From Ranitomeya imitator (taxonomy: Eukaryota): a stretch of 64,000 bases of DNA. Shown one piece after another: positions 46,449-60,358 of the stretch; position 1 is the stretch's first letter; every line of letters starts with the position of its first letter. Both the position numbers and the translations under genes were made by a program. The DNA lies in contig NC_091283.1 of the NCBI RefSeq assembly GCF_032444005.1, positions 830,242,001-830,306,000 of the forward strand, read 5' to 3'. The notes below the pieces were generated by a model. It was not told the DNA's origin. It searched no databases and saw only the letters and a list, made by a program, of their open reading frames with translations.

Positions 46449-47960
46449 CAGTACTGTGCAAAAGTTTTAGGCAGGTGTAGAAAAATGCTGCACAGTATGA
46501 AGAACGGTTTCAAAAAAAGAAGTGTTAATATATTTTTTTAATCAACTAACAAAATGTAAAGTGAATTAAGTAAAAAAAGAGAAAAATCACATCAATATTT
46601 GATGTGACCGCTGTTACGATTCCACCTCTCACTGTGTCTGGGATGCAGTTACTGACAGCTCGGCCTTCCAATATGGTACATGGGTGTGCTGAAGCTGTCA
46701 GTACTTTGATTGGCAGCTCAGTCATCCAGTCTGGTGCAGGGGCGTGCTGAGCTGTCAAGTGTTTTGATTGCCAGCTCGACCATCCAATCTGAGACTGGGA
46801 GGTAGCGGCTGTCTCCAGATGTTCATTATCCCAGGCGATTGCCAGGCTACTTAACTGAGCTATTACTCTCAGATCTCTGTCAGCTGTACATTTAGCTACT
46901 GTGTGGTTTGTCTCTGTGGCTGGCATTCTGCTACAGATTTTTTTTGTTGCCTGTCCTTGGACCTTGTTCTGACTATCCATCTGTTTAACCTCTTCTGCTC
47001 TGATCCACTATCCTCCAGATGTTCATTATCCCAGGTGCTTGCCAGGCTACTTAACTGAGCTATTACTCCCAGATCTCTGCCAGCTGTACATTTAGCTACT
47101 GTGTGGTTTGTCTTTTGTGGCTTGCATTCAGTCATAGATCTTTCATTGCCTGACCTTGGACCTTGTTCTGACTATCCATCTGTTTAACCCCTTCTGCTCT
47201 GATCCTCTATCCTCCTGGTATTCTGACCTCGGAACGTTACCCGACAACACTTTTGTCTCTTCCTTCTGTTTATGACCTACCCTCCTGGCCTCAGACTCCT
47301 TGACTACCCTGACTCATGTCTTGGCTGTGACAAGTGACTCAGTGTCACAACTGCCCTTTGCCTTCAAAACAGCATCAATTCTTCTAAGTAGAGATGCACC
47401 AAGTCAGGTATTTTGTAGCATTATAGTCAGGAGTATGAGTAAGTAGTTATACCAAGCAGGTGATAGCATCATTTTCAAATGTTGGTTGAAATAAAATGCA
47501 TTAAATGAAATGGAAACAGCTGTGTAAGAGACTTAAAACTGGGTGAGGAACAGACAAACTCTGCTACAAAGGTGAGGTTGTGAAAGACAGTTTCATGTCT
47601 CAGCTCAAGCACCATGGCAGGACTGAGCCCAGCAACAAGACACAAGGTAGTTAATATATACTGTATATGTATATATACATATACTGTATATTCAGTCCTG
47701 TGCAAAAGTTTTAGCTAGTTGCAGAAAATAAGCTGCACAGTAAGAAGATTCAAAATATAGAAGTGTTCATAGTTTAACTTTTTATCAACTAACAAAAGGC
47801 AAAGTGAATGAAAAAAGGAAAATCTAAATCCCATCAGTATTTGGGAAACAGCATAAATGTATCAAATCAAGGCGGATACTTATCCATCATGTCACATCAT
47901 CAGGGAGGCGTCTGATTGGTTCCAAATATATTCTGCAGCCGGACAACGACCCCAAACATC
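46449..47960. mobile_element. Fragmented Tc1-type element(s), interrupted by a solo LTR
   Basis: TA-CAGTACTGTGCAAAAGTTTTAG end at 46449 and a second similar end at about 47695; DNDPKH-like fragment at about 47940. Confidence 0.65.
46612..47349. mobile_element. Solo LTR-like insertion (738 bp) with an internal 200-bp tandem duplication
   Basis: Begins TGTTAC and ends GTCACA; 5-bp TSD ACCGC (46607-46611) / ACTGC (47350-47354); the Tc1 sequence rejoins across it. Confidence 0.8.
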
Positions 47961-49839
47961 CAGCCAATGTAATTAAAGGGGGTAATTCCTATCTCCAAGA
48001 TCCTATTCCAATATGTACAGTAATATTACAAATTTTGCTATAGGTTACATACAGCGTTAGTTTTGTACAGGTCTCATCAACTGTATTTCAAACTATTATT
48101 GTTTTTATGTAGACTTCTTGTTATGTTTTGGATCATTATTGTTTTTTTTATAACCTTCATAGTAGGGGATGCATTGAAATTAATGATATATATTATATGT
48201 TCTGGATTACTGGAAAAGGGACATTCATCTAGATATTGTTCCTGATAAGAATTTGGGGTTGTGAGAGAATTTTTCTAATTTTGCACTCATGTCCGGGACT
48301 AGCATATTGATGATCTATCCTCTTGTACAGGAAATAAGTTGCAGTGCCAATAGAAAGGTCGGCAATTTGTTGGTCCCGAACCACCCATTTTAACTCCACA
48401 GTATAGGAGTTAGTTTCAGGAAATGTAAAAATTAATCGACATTCTCTTAAAAAATATATCTGGTAAATTAATGACTAAGTAATTCATAATAAATTTCTAG
48501 GTAGATGATCTTTCACACGGCCCCCACCATGTTTAACTGTAGGTATGATGTTTGACTTGTGGAATGTTGTAATAGCTTTGTGCGGGTCAAAATGGGACTC
48601 ATACCTTCCAAATAATTCTTCTCAACCTATCTTTCTATAGAAAATTATCTAAAATGGTTTGAATGTCATCCAGAAGTTTAAGTTTCAAACAGAAGAAGAT
48701 CAATTGCGGACTGCAGTGTTTTCCAGGATGCTGCTCCCACCCTTTTGTGTCATTTCTTTCTTAGGATATATGAAGATGGCATCTCTTAGATCTCGGCGTA
48801 CCCACCTCATTTTTGAAGCAGAAGATGTTTCAGGAAAATGCTGGCAATGATTTCCGTGAAGAGCCTTTTCTGCTGTCTGAATAGACATCTCTTGCTGTTG
48901 TTATTTTTTTTATAATGTCATACACTATATAACATAGTGGCAGCTGCCAGAAGAATGGACGGTCACTTATTTTAGCCATGTCATGACTTTCTGAGCCTGA
49001 AATGTTTAAAAGAAGCAACAAAAAACGGACCATATGCACAACACATCGTATTGACATGAAAAAGACGTCACGTGCACAATACTCTGAGAGTTCAGACCAG
49101 TGACTTAGTGTGAGGGGTCCATATGAGTGATTGTCCTGGGCACCAAGGTCTATGTTTGCCCCCTGTCAAACATTCAGTGCCGGCAAACACCACTTCTTGA
49201 AGCGATGGAGTGGGAGCAGGGTCAAAGGATATAAAATAATTATATAAAAATTGTAATAAAAATTTAAAAAAAAACAACAATGCATAAATTTTTATTGTTA
49301 AAATATCATGTCTGCTTTAAAGCGGTTGTCCAGGCTCAGGAACAAGTTTTCAATCACTCTACAGTATGTGACTGGAGATTTGTGAATCCTAACAGTGTGC
49401 ACAGTGCGCACTGTCAGGATTCTCCGGTGTCAGCACTGGTCACATGACTACAAGTATGTGATTTGCTTACTCGCAGCCACATTCCAACTAGTTGTTTCCG
49501 GCCTCACTCAATTCATGTCTAGTTGGCATGTGACGGCATCTATGCAAATCGCATACTTGTGGTCAGGCTCCTGCCTGTTATTGGTATAAGAGGATCCTGA
49601 CAGCGCGCACAAGCATTCCCAAGATCCATCACTTCAGGAACCTTTTCATTTATTGCTCAGTGACCAGACATCTTTTTCTGTCATGCGGTGTCAGCTGCAC
49701 AGTAATTGCCGCAGCTTTTTATATCATCTTCTCTTAGTTCAGTATCTCTCAATATTGTAGGCTTACATTAAATGCATTGGATTACATATGAATAGAACTA
49801 ATAACACAATACACAACATATATGTGACCTATACACATA

Positions 49840-49935
49840 CAGTGGGGAAAAAAGTGTTTACTCAGCCACCAATTGTGGATGTTCTCCCACTTAAAAAGAT
49901 GAGAGAGGCCTGTAATTGACATCATAGGTAGACCA
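49840..49935. mobile_element. Isolated Tc1-type terminal fragment
   Basis: TA-CAGTGGGGAAAAAAGTGTTTACTCAGCCACCAATTG resembles Tc1 ends; no transposase follows. Confidence 0.5.
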
Positions 49936-50161
49936 CAACCATACATATTAGAGTGGAGGATTATTTTTACAACGTTTCCTTTTTAGGAACAAAAAAAAAG
50001 ACATATTTTATCAACTAAGTGTCTATGACCAACTTCAGATCCACTTTTATGAGAATATAAAGTTATTCGAACCATAGCACGGATTTCTTACCCACACCTC
50101 AGAATACCATAAAAAAAGTTGTACGGCCATATGTCCAGCAAAGTCCAGTCATTACGTAGCG

Positions 50162-51086
50162 CTAAGGCTGGTTTCACATTGGCGTTTTTTGGGGTGCGTT
50201 TTTGCGGTAAAAAACGCAAAAAAACGCATGGTGAAAAAACGCATGTAAACGCGTGTAAACGCTGCGTTTTTTTGACGCATGCGTTTTTGCATGTGGTAAA
50301 AAAAACGCGGCGTTTTGACGCGTTTACATGCGTTTTTACATGCGTTTGCGTTTTTTAAATGCATGCTGAGAAATGTGTGACAGCTGCCAATCATCAAAAA
50401 AAAGTAAAAAACCCACNNNNNNNNNNNNNNNNNNNNNNNNNNNNNNNNNNNNNNNNNNNNNNNNNNNNNNNNNNNNNNNNNNNNNNNNNNNNNNNNNNNN
50501 NNNNNNNNNNNNNNNNNNNNNNNNNNNNNNNNNNNNNNNNNNNNNNNNNNNNNNNNNNNNNNNNNNNNNNNNNNNNNNNNNNNNNNNNNNNNNNNNNNNN
50601 NNNNNNNNNNNNNNNNNNNNNNNNNNNNNNNNNNNNNNNNGGTAGGGTTAGGGGTAGGTTTAGGGTTAGGGGTAGGGTTAGGGGTAGGGTTAGGTTCCCT
50701 TTATCACCTTTATGTTGGGGGGTGGCATATCAGTGTGTTTTCTGGTTTTTTAATAAAAAAACGCATGCGTTTTTTACCGCAAAAAACGCATGCACCAAAA
50801 AACGCATGCGTCCCCATTGACTCCAATGTATTTTTTGACCCCAAAAAAACGCATGAAAACGCATGCGTTTTTTTTTGGTCCAAAAAACGCTTCTAAAAAT
50901 ACTACAAGTAGCATTTCAGAAAATGAACGCATGCAGTAAAAAAACGCATGCGTCAAAAAACGCGACTAAACGCGTACACAAAAAAACGCATGCGTTTTCA
51001 ATGTTAAAGATAGGGAAAAAAAACGCATGCGTTTTTTTGAAAAAAAACGCTGCAGACAAAAACGCAAGTGTGAAACCACCCTAAGT
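50162..51086. mobile_element. Palindromic MITE (AAAACGC-rich) containing G-rich TTAGGG/GTAGGG repeats and spanning the gap
   Basis: Inverted ends GGCTGGTTTCACA and TGTGAAACCACCC; repeated AAAACGCATGCG. Confidence 0.7.
50417..50640. other. Assembly gap (224 N)
   Basis: Run of N. Confidence 0.99.
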
Positions 51087-51189
51087 CTGTTTACCCTAGC
51101 GTTTTTAAGGGATCATTAAATTCTAGTAGTCATATTTTTGGCCATGTCTTTTTTTTTATTTTGTCCCTTACATTGATTCAACCTTAAAC

Positions 51190-53355
51190 ACAATTATATT
51201 TTTGAACCTTTTCCATTGTCATAGATTTCCTTGAAACATACAACTCTGCCCTTCACCTCTCCAAACAAGCCTATTTCACCGCATTCATCACTGCACTATC
51301 CAACAATCCAAAATGACATTTTTCATTCCCTCCTCAGTCCAAGAGTGCAGGCCCCCACTATCGACCTCAGAGCTGGCAATCTGGACAATTATTGCAATGA
51401 AAAAATTGACCATATCCGACAGGAAATTTTCTCTCAATCCCCTAGCATCATGCATTCTCCTTTCTCCTACACTCCATGTAGCTCACTTTCTGTCTTTGAA
51501 CTGGCCACGGAAGAAGAGGTTACCTGGATCCTCAAATCTTCTCTCCCTACTACCTGCACCAATGACCCTATTCCCTCACATCTCCTTCAATCCCTTTCCC
51601 CACCTGTGACCACTCACCTAACTAAAATATTTAATCTCTCTAATCAGGTAACTTTTCTTCCTCCTTTAAACATGCCAACATACATCCATTACTTAAAAGA
51701 CCATCTCTCGACCAGAACTGTGCTGCTAAATGCAGACCTGTCTTTAATCTTCCTTTCATCTCTAAACACCTGGAACGCCTGGTCCACTCCCGTCTAATCC
51801 ACTATCTCTCAGACCACTCTCTTTTTGACCCATTAAAATATGGCTTCCACTCTTTACATTCTATTAAAACTGCCCTTACTAAAATCTCTAACAATCAACT
51901 GATGGCTAAATCCAAAGGTCACTGCTCCCTGGTGATCTCCTGGATCTCTGCAGCATTCGACACTGTGGATCACCAGCTCCTCACTATGCTCCATGCTATC
52001 GTCCTCAAGGGCAGCATTCTCTCCTGGTTCTCCTCTGACCGATCCTTCACTGTATCTTTTGCTGGTTCCTCTTCCTTTCATCTTCCCCTTACTGTCGGGG
52101 TTCCTCGAGGATCAGTCCTAGGTCCCCTCCTCTTCTCCTTGTATACTGCCCCTATTAGGAAAACAATATGTAGATTAGATTTTCAGTACTATTTCTATGC
52201 TGATGACACCTAATTATACACCTTCATATAAAATACCAGTGATTGTTTTTCCTCTGTCTCTAACATTATGTCCTCCCTCTAAAACTGAATCTCTCAAATA
52301 CTGAACTCCTGTGTTTCCTTCCTCCACTAGCTTTCCCAAACCCAATATTGCCATTTCCTTGTGTGATTCCACCATTACTCCCCAGCAACATGCTCGCTGC
52401 CTTGGTGTCATACTTGATTAATATTGTTCATACACTCCCCACATCCGATCACTTGCTCATGTCCATCTACACCTCAAAAACACCTTTAGAATTCCACCTT
52501 TTCTTAACTTTGACTCTGCAAAAACTCTTACTGTGGCTCTTATTCATTCCCATTTAGACTATTGCACTGTCTACTAATCGGTCTCCCTGTTACTAAACCC
52601 TCCCCTCTCCAATCGATCCTGAATGCAGCAAACAGGATCATAATCTTTTCCAACCGCTGCACCGATGCCTCTGCCCTGTGCCAGTCGTTGCACTGGTTGC
52701 CCATCCAATATAGATGTTAATATAAAGTTATCACTCTCACCCATAAAGCGCTCCATGGTTCAGCACCACCCTACATCTCCTCCCTCTTCTCAGTCTACCA
52801 CCTAACCTGTGCCTCTGGTTCTGCTAATGACCTAAGATTAACATCCTCAATAATCTGAACCTCCCACTCTCCTCTCAAAGACTTCTCAAGAGCTGCGTCA
52901 GTTCTCTGGAATGCAATGCCCAAGAAAATTCGATCAATACCCAAAACCTATAGTTCTAAGCATGGTCAAAAAATTGCACTTCTTTAGACTGGCCTATCGC
53001 ATCCCCTCACTTATGTAGCTAGCTATTCCTGTTTTACCCTTACAAAATTTTCCTCCAAATCAGGTTCCTCCATGCACTTAATAGCCCTGTGTGTCTGTAC
53101 TGTACATGCACTGGGTGGTTCATGCTGAGTTATTTGAATCCCCTATTTATTATAATAATGGCTGGACCATACAAGCATTTTTGTTACCATTTCTTCATAG
53201 ATTGTAGCTTGTGAGCACCAGGGCCCTCACTCCTTGGGGAATCTGTTGAATTATGTGTTGCTCCGTTAAGTCTTTATTGTCTGTACAAGTCCCCTATGAA
53301 ATATAAAGAGTTGTGGAATATATTGGAGCTATAGAAATAAAACTGATTATTCTCG
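51190..53355 (+). mobile_element. L2/CR1-group LINE relic, multiple stops and frameshifts
   Basis: DPIPSHLL, SAAFDTVDHQLL, GVPRGSVLGPLLFSLY and YADDT fragments; AATAAA and (ATT) tail near 53340. Confidence 0.85.
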
Positions 53356-54315
53356 TTATCATTGGACAACGCCAGCATCTCATCTCCTCTAGGAACAAAA
53401 GTCTGGGCATGTTGAAATTAAACTTGCACGATCCTTCTTTACCCAATATTTGTCATCAGGAGGCAGTAGGGAGGCCTTCATACACACCTGACAGATAAAT
53501 CAGAAGGTCTGGAAAAATTTTGGCTAAAGTGTAGAAGTGAAGCGCTTACAAGTCCACTTTCAATATCAATAACTTGATGATTACCCTGCACAAACAGAAA
53601 AAAAGATTGAACAAAAAAAGTTCTTACAGAGCACTTCCAACCACACTCCAGCAGAAGTATATTATCATCTAATGTAGATGTTTTTATTTTCTTTATTCAT
53701 ATTTTTCTATATTATTTTACTATATTATATTATTTTCTAAATTATTATTTGTTGCTATTAAATAAATTGAAGATTTCCTGAAACGCGTCAACTCAAATCT
53801 TATTTTTTTAATTGACATTTAAAAAAAAAAAATGTATTTACTAAATAATGCAAGAAGATTGGAGAGAAATGATGCTTATATTCTATAAACTTTATATCAT
53901 TATTGGAGACCTGAGGTCGGATTCAAATAAAGCTCTTGGCGAGATGGGGGGCACTATTCTGGTTCCCCCCTTTAACAAGTGCATACCTTTTTTACAAGCG
54001 CACATTGTTGGTGGATATCATGATTGTTTGGCTGGTTTTTTTTTTGTATTTTGTGATAATCACATATTTTCTCCTTACTAATAATAATTGTGTGAAATTC
54101 TCTAATTATTTTTATTATACATAATTACATTTAGTTGATAATTGCCTTATGGTTCCCAGGAGCTTTACAAATCAACATCTCGAATCTCCAAAGTGAACTC
54201 TCCTTAGATACACATTGTATAAATCCACCATAGAGACCCTCTGCTCTCCATAAGACATCCATGCATCTTCGCGAATCACCGATCGTACAAAAGATGTTTG
54301 TCTCATCAGAGGGTA

Positions 54316-55295
54316 ATGGAGACAATAAACCTCACCGTCACTGACTTCGTTCTCCTCGGCTTCCATGAGCTTCCAGACTTCCAGTTGGTTTTCTTTTTCA
54401 TATTTCTGGTCATCTATGTCGCAACGTTGGTTGGAAATTCATTAACAACTGGTCTATTTTGCATTGACCCTCATTTCCACACTCTCATGTATATACTCCT
54501 GTGTAACATGTCAGTATTGGATATGTCCTTCACCTCAATGATTCTACCAAAGTTATTGAACATCTTTCTAACTGGGAACAATGTCATCTCCTACCATGGT
54601 CGTATCGCTCAGGTTTTCTTTTTTGTGGTGCTCATAGTGTCGGAATACTTCATTCTGGCTGCCATGGCTTACGATCGTTACGTGGCCATCTGTCATCCCC
54701 TTCATTACTCTTATTTCATGAGCCTGCAGATCTGTTTCTGGATGGCATGGACATCTTGGAGCATAGGAGTCCTTGAGGGCATTTTCTTCATCATTCTGAT
54801 ATCATCTTGTACATTTTGTAGGTCAAATGAAGTAGACCATCTCTTCTGTGATATGAAGCCTCTAATGATACTTTCTTGTAGCGACACACAGACTATAGAA
54901 ATGGTAATATTTGTTCTTGGTGTCATCATTGGCTTTGTCCCCTCAAACATGACCTTGGTGTCCTACATCTATATCATCTCTACAATCTTGAAGATTAACA
55001 GGAAGGAAGACACAAAACCTTCTCCACCTGCTCCTCACACCTCACAGTCATCCTCTTGTTTTACGGAACGGTCCTCGGCATGTACATGAGGCCAAAGTCC
55101 AGCTATTCCATGGACCAGGACAAGGTGTTTGCCATCTTGTATGCCGGAGTCATTCCAATGCTCAACCCTCTCATTTACAGCTTGAAAAATCAGGAGGTGA
55201 AGAAAGCTCTATGCAGAATAAAGAAAAAAACTATATTTTGCCAGGCTACGCTAAATATAAAACTAGAAATCAAAGCCATGTTTTCCAACATTTAA
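54316..55295 (+). pseudogene. Olfactory receptor pseudogene (OR-B)
   Basis: Paralogue of OR-A starting METINLT at 54316. A net 4-nt deletion at about 55000 (aac-ag-gaagga versus aac-tctaaa-gaagga) shifts TM6-7 out of frame. The conserved TM3 Cys is Arg (YHGRIAQ), and HTPMY is HTLMY. Confidence 0.9.
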
Positions 55296-56489
55296 GAAGA
55301 TTTTTCCAACCTACACAGAAGAGAATCCAAAGTCTTTGTGAAACTTGATGGCCGCGAGATGGTTTCACTGGAGATCCCAAAGGCAGAGCTCTGAAGAACT
55401 TTGTTAGTCCAGTACAGCCATATCTTCAGTTGTCCTAAAGATAATAAATGGAGAGGAGGTGTGAATGTGCAGCCATTGCTCTATTTGAACAGGTCACATC
55501 ATAGTCCTGTTGTGGGACCCGATGATCAATTGTGGATAGATGACTCTTTGCAAAGTTGGGACAACAGCTTTAATGCATGTTTCATATACAGACCGTTTAT
55601 AATTGATCTACAATTAGCTAAATGTCTTTCGTGAAATATATAACTATAGTTCTGTGTATTAGATAAATTACTATACTATACCGTTGTAATCAGAATTTGT
55701 TAAGTCCCACTGTAAATTCGGGTTTATTAGCAAAACGTAAAACTTTGTTTTTTGTAGTAAAGGAATGTAAATAGCAAATCACAATAAAACGATTTTTTTT
55801 CTCCAAATTTAGCATAAAATTCCACGTTGACTAACTACTGCAGTGTAAGAATAATTTATCCCCCTAAATATGAACCCTCATAACAGCGCGCATTTCCAAA
55901 CAACTCTAGCATACCAGACGTAATAATAAGCAAGGGCTTCATTAGTTGCACCTGATGTGCCTGAGAAAATACACATCAAATACCTAGACTGGCTGTGAAA
56001 TTATGGGCATTTGATTGCATGCAGGGTCAGACTAGGGTGTCTGGGGCCCACAGGAGGAATTGTCTGTAGGGGCTCACCCTACAGCTGTATACAAATATCT
56101 GTAATCCATTATCCCCATTATAGTGGGACATCGACTGTCAACAGGCGGCTCCTGCACATCTACTGTGCGCCACCATAACTGGGATGTACAATTATGGTAG
56201 TTTGCATTAAAGGGCTTCTTTATTTAAAACAAGTTATAATAATAGCAAATACAAGGGAGAAATACTGCCACACCATGACCAGACCACATAGTAACCGAAT
56301 AATGCTACATAGAGGGGAGAAATACCAACACATTGTGACCAAACCACATAGTAACCGAATAATACTGCATACAGGGTATAAATACTGCTACATCATGACC
56401 ACACCACATATTACCACCACGTAGTGACTATATACTGCAATACTGATCATGAGTAAAAACCACAATACTACCAACACTGTTATTACCAC

Positions 56490-57335
56490 CAGTGACATTA
56501 TACACAGGTGCTCTGTATATAGTATAGCATATAGTGTCAGTGTACAGGTAATGCAGTGATCACCAGTGACATTACACACAGGAGCTCTGTACACAGTGTC
56601 AGTGTACAGGTAATACAGGGATCACCAGTGACATTATACACAGGAGCTCTGTATATAGTGTCAGTGTACAGGTAATACAGAGATCACCAGTGACACTATA
56701 CACAGGAGCTTGTATATAGTGTCAGCTTACAGGTAATACAGTGATCACCAGTGACATTATACACAGGCGCTCTGCATACAGCTTATAATGTGCAGTTAAT
56801 ACAGGGATCACTGGAGACATTATACCCAGTAACTCTGTATATAGTGTATAATGTACAGGTAATACAGGGATCACCAGTGGCATTATACACAGTAGCTCAG
56901 TATATAGTGTCAGTGTACAGATAATACAGTGATCACATGTGACATTATACACAGGAGCTCTGTACACAGCTTATAATGTGCAGGTAATACAGGGATAACT
57001 GGAGACATTATACCCAGTAACTCTATATATAGTGTATTATGTACAGGTAATACAGGGATCACCAGTGACATTATACACAGGAGCTCTGTATACAGTATCA
57101 GTGTACAGGTAATATAGTGATCACCAGTGACATTATACACAGGAGCTCTGTATATAGTGTCAGTGTACAGGTAATACATAGATCACCAGTTACATTATAC
57201 ACAGGAACTCTGTATATAGTGTCAGTGTACAGGTAATACAGGGATCACCAGTGATATTATACACACTAGCTCTGTATATAGTGTCAGTGTACATGTAATA
57301 CAGTGACATTATACACAGGAGCTCTGTATATAGTG
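56490..57335. repeat. About 62-bp minisatellite (about 13 units)
   Basis: Unit CAGTGACATTATACACAGGAGCTCTGTATATAGTGTCAGTGTACAGGTAATACAGTGATCAC with variants. Confidence 0.9.
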
Positions 57336-57559
57336 TTCAGAGACACCTGCACAAATATGGACCATTAAAAAAGTAAAGCATATTACAGCAGTAAATGCTC
57401 TAATTGCCCCCTACAGTAATTATGTCCCCCACTTGCCACAATAAACTAATAATGTATGTTCCTCATTCCTGCTCCAATATAGTAATTAAGTCCCTCATTC
57501 TGGTCCACTTTATTTAATAATGTTCCGCATCTTGGGCATTTATGTCACTTTCCTTGGCT

Positions 57560-58105
57560 GGCTCATACGTCCCTTGGCCTGGCTGAAGTCCTATTATGTC
57601 CCTTGGTTTGACTGCCCCCCTTATGTCCCTTAGCCTGAATGGCCCCCTTTATATCCCTCAGCCTGGCTGGCCCCTCCATATGTCTATTGGCCTGGTTGGC
57701 CCTCCCATATGTCCTTTGGCCTGGCTGGCCCTCCATAAGTCCCTTGGCCTGGATGGCCCCACAAATGTCCCTTGGCCTGCCTGGCCTTGCATGTGTCTTG
57801 CCTGCCTGGCCCCCCTATATCCCTTGGTCTGGCTGGGTCACCAATATGTCCCTTGACCTTGCTAGCCCCTCATATGTCCCTTGGCATGGCTGCTTCCACA
57901 AATATCCATTGGCTTGGCTGGCCCCCATATGTCCCTTGACTTAGCTGTTCTCCCATATGTCCATTGGTCTGGCTGGCCCCCCATATGTCCCTTGGCTTGG
58001 CTGGCACCCCATTATGTCCTTTGGCCTGGCTGGCTCCCATTATGTCTCTTGGCCTGGCTGTCTCCCATTATGTTCCTTGGCCTGGCTGCCCCCCATGTCC
58101 CTGAC
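57560..58105. repeat. About 28-30-bp degenerate minisatellite
   Basis: Recurrent ATGTCCCTTGGCCTGGCTGGCCCC. Confidence 0.85.
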
Positions 58106-60358
58106 ACTTGACGCTATTTTTCTCTTAATGTATTTTTGGGGTTTTGAATGACTAAAAAGTAAAAAAAAAGTAAACTAAAGTCATACATATATTCATTTTC
58201 TTTATCAGACGACTTATAAATGATGATCTACATGGCACAGAGCCATCAGATTTCCACCATCTGATTTATTGAATTGAGAATTTATTGGACCCTCTTAATC
58301 ATTTCTCTTCAGTGTTGGTTTTTCTAGGCTGTAGCATATTTTGAAACTGTTGGCTGAGAACGTAAATGTTCGGATAAATCCAAAGGAGACATTTTATTTC
58401 AAAAATGGAAATGAATATTCCCATTGAATATGATTTCCGTGGTTGTAGAAACTGTAGCCCTTTACCAGTGAATGTCCTGATTAGGAATTATAGCTATTTG
58501 TATAGAACAATTGTGGCCATACACAGTAGACTTACATCAACCAACACCCCGATTTCTGCCAACCATCTCATTATTCATTCACCGACTGGACCTTAAAGAA
58601 ATAAAAGCTGGATGTATAAAAAATGACAAACTTATTACTCACCTACCGTCACCCATCTGGATCCTTTGCTCTGCTCCGTGATCTGTGCTGTCATTGGGAC
58701 TGAAGACATCAACACTCAACCCCCGGGATTGTGCACTGATCAAAGTCACCTGACTGCTGCAGCCAATCACAATCCTCAGCAGTCTAGCGGCTGGTTGAAT
58801 GTTGATGTCTCTTGTCTTGGTGTAGATCTCGGAGCAGACAACTCCTTCAACTTTCCGTCCAAGCCAGAAGATAGACTATTTATTCAGTCTTGGATGGAAC
58901 ATCACGGCTACAGCCAACCACTGGCAAGTTGCATCCGCCATTAAAAGGAATGAGCAAGAGACTGTCAGGGAACACAGACAACAATGCAAAGGAGCAGAGC
59001 CGCTCTGGTGGGTGAGAATCTTCTCCTTTCTTTGTCTCTAGACCTCCATGGGCCCATAAGTAACATATCAATACTTGGCTGCCATCTTGGTCCACCTATG
59101 AAGCCGAGCGACAGCCATAGGAGATATCCACTATGAACTGTAATAAGCACATAGAAGAAGAGATCAGACATTCACAAGTTAAAGTACCCAACGGAGGATA
59201 CAAAATAAAGCAAGAGTAAATTAAAAGAATTAAAAAACATAAAAATGATTAAAAAAAAGAAAAGAAAAAAATCAAACATAAAAACTGAAATAACCCCCCT
59301 TAATTAAAATAATGACAAAAAAATAATATCTGGAAAATTCAGATCTATTAAAATGCAATTACAGGCATTATATGTGCCCCAAAAATACCAACAATAACTG
59401 CGGCTCAACTCTCATAAAATCAACCAGCATACAGTTCCATCGATTGAAAAATGACGGGTCTCAGAGAATGGTGACACAAACCAGTTTTGTTTCTTTTCTT
59501 TTTTTTTAACAGATTTCTACATTTTTTCATCACTTAAATAAAAGCGCTACAAGTTTGATACAGCTGTAATTTTAATAAAACAAAACCTAAAAAACAACGT
59601 CAGAATTGTGCGTTTTTGTCACCAATTCACCGCACTTGGATTTTTTTTTTCTGTTTTCCAGTACATTATATGAAAAAAAAAAACTGAGGAAGAAACTAAG
59701 GCTATATAACCTTTGAAAATTACTTGCTTGAGGACTTGTTTACACATTGTGGCTTTGCTGCTTTTTTTCTGTGAAAAAAAACAAACAAAACTTTTTTAAA
59801 ATTATTTTTCTCTTGGGGATTTAAGGGATCCAAGCATTTTTTCATATCTGCAACGTCATTTCTTTCGGAGTTTTTGCAGCGTTTTTCCACCCATTCAAAT
59901 GAATGGGAAAAAAGCACATAAAAACGCATAAAAAACAACCAAATCTGCTGCAAATACTCAACGTTTGCACATACACTTAGAAGGTCCTGATTTTGATGTA
60001 AGTCACTCGCAGAACTCACCGATACATAAAACTGTATATAATGCAACATCTTACAAATATTAAAGGAAACTTGTCACTTGATTCATACTGCCCAAACCAC
60101 GGGCAGCATGAATCAGATCCTGGCTGCATGATTGTAGCCAGGTATATTTTTCTTGGAAACGCTCCTTTAATATCCGGCAAGGAACCATGGAAGGAGACAA
60201 GACTAGTGCAGCTCTTCCCAGCACCGCTAGAGGTGATTGTCAGGCAGTGGCATAGATAAACTCTGTGTAAAATTGTGACCTGGGCCCCATCTGTATGTTG
60301 GTCAGGGGTATAGGCACTTGTAGATCTTATAAAGACATATTTGTTGGCCCCCCATGTA

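Noticed and set aside
48240-49050. Faint resemblance to an L1 endonuclease region on the minus strand
   Set aside because: Too degenerate to support by eye; needs tBLASTn or HMM.
50641-50695. Interstitial telomere or chromosome fusion scar
   Set aside because: Short, impure and enclosed by MITE inverted arms; kept only as a low-level finding.
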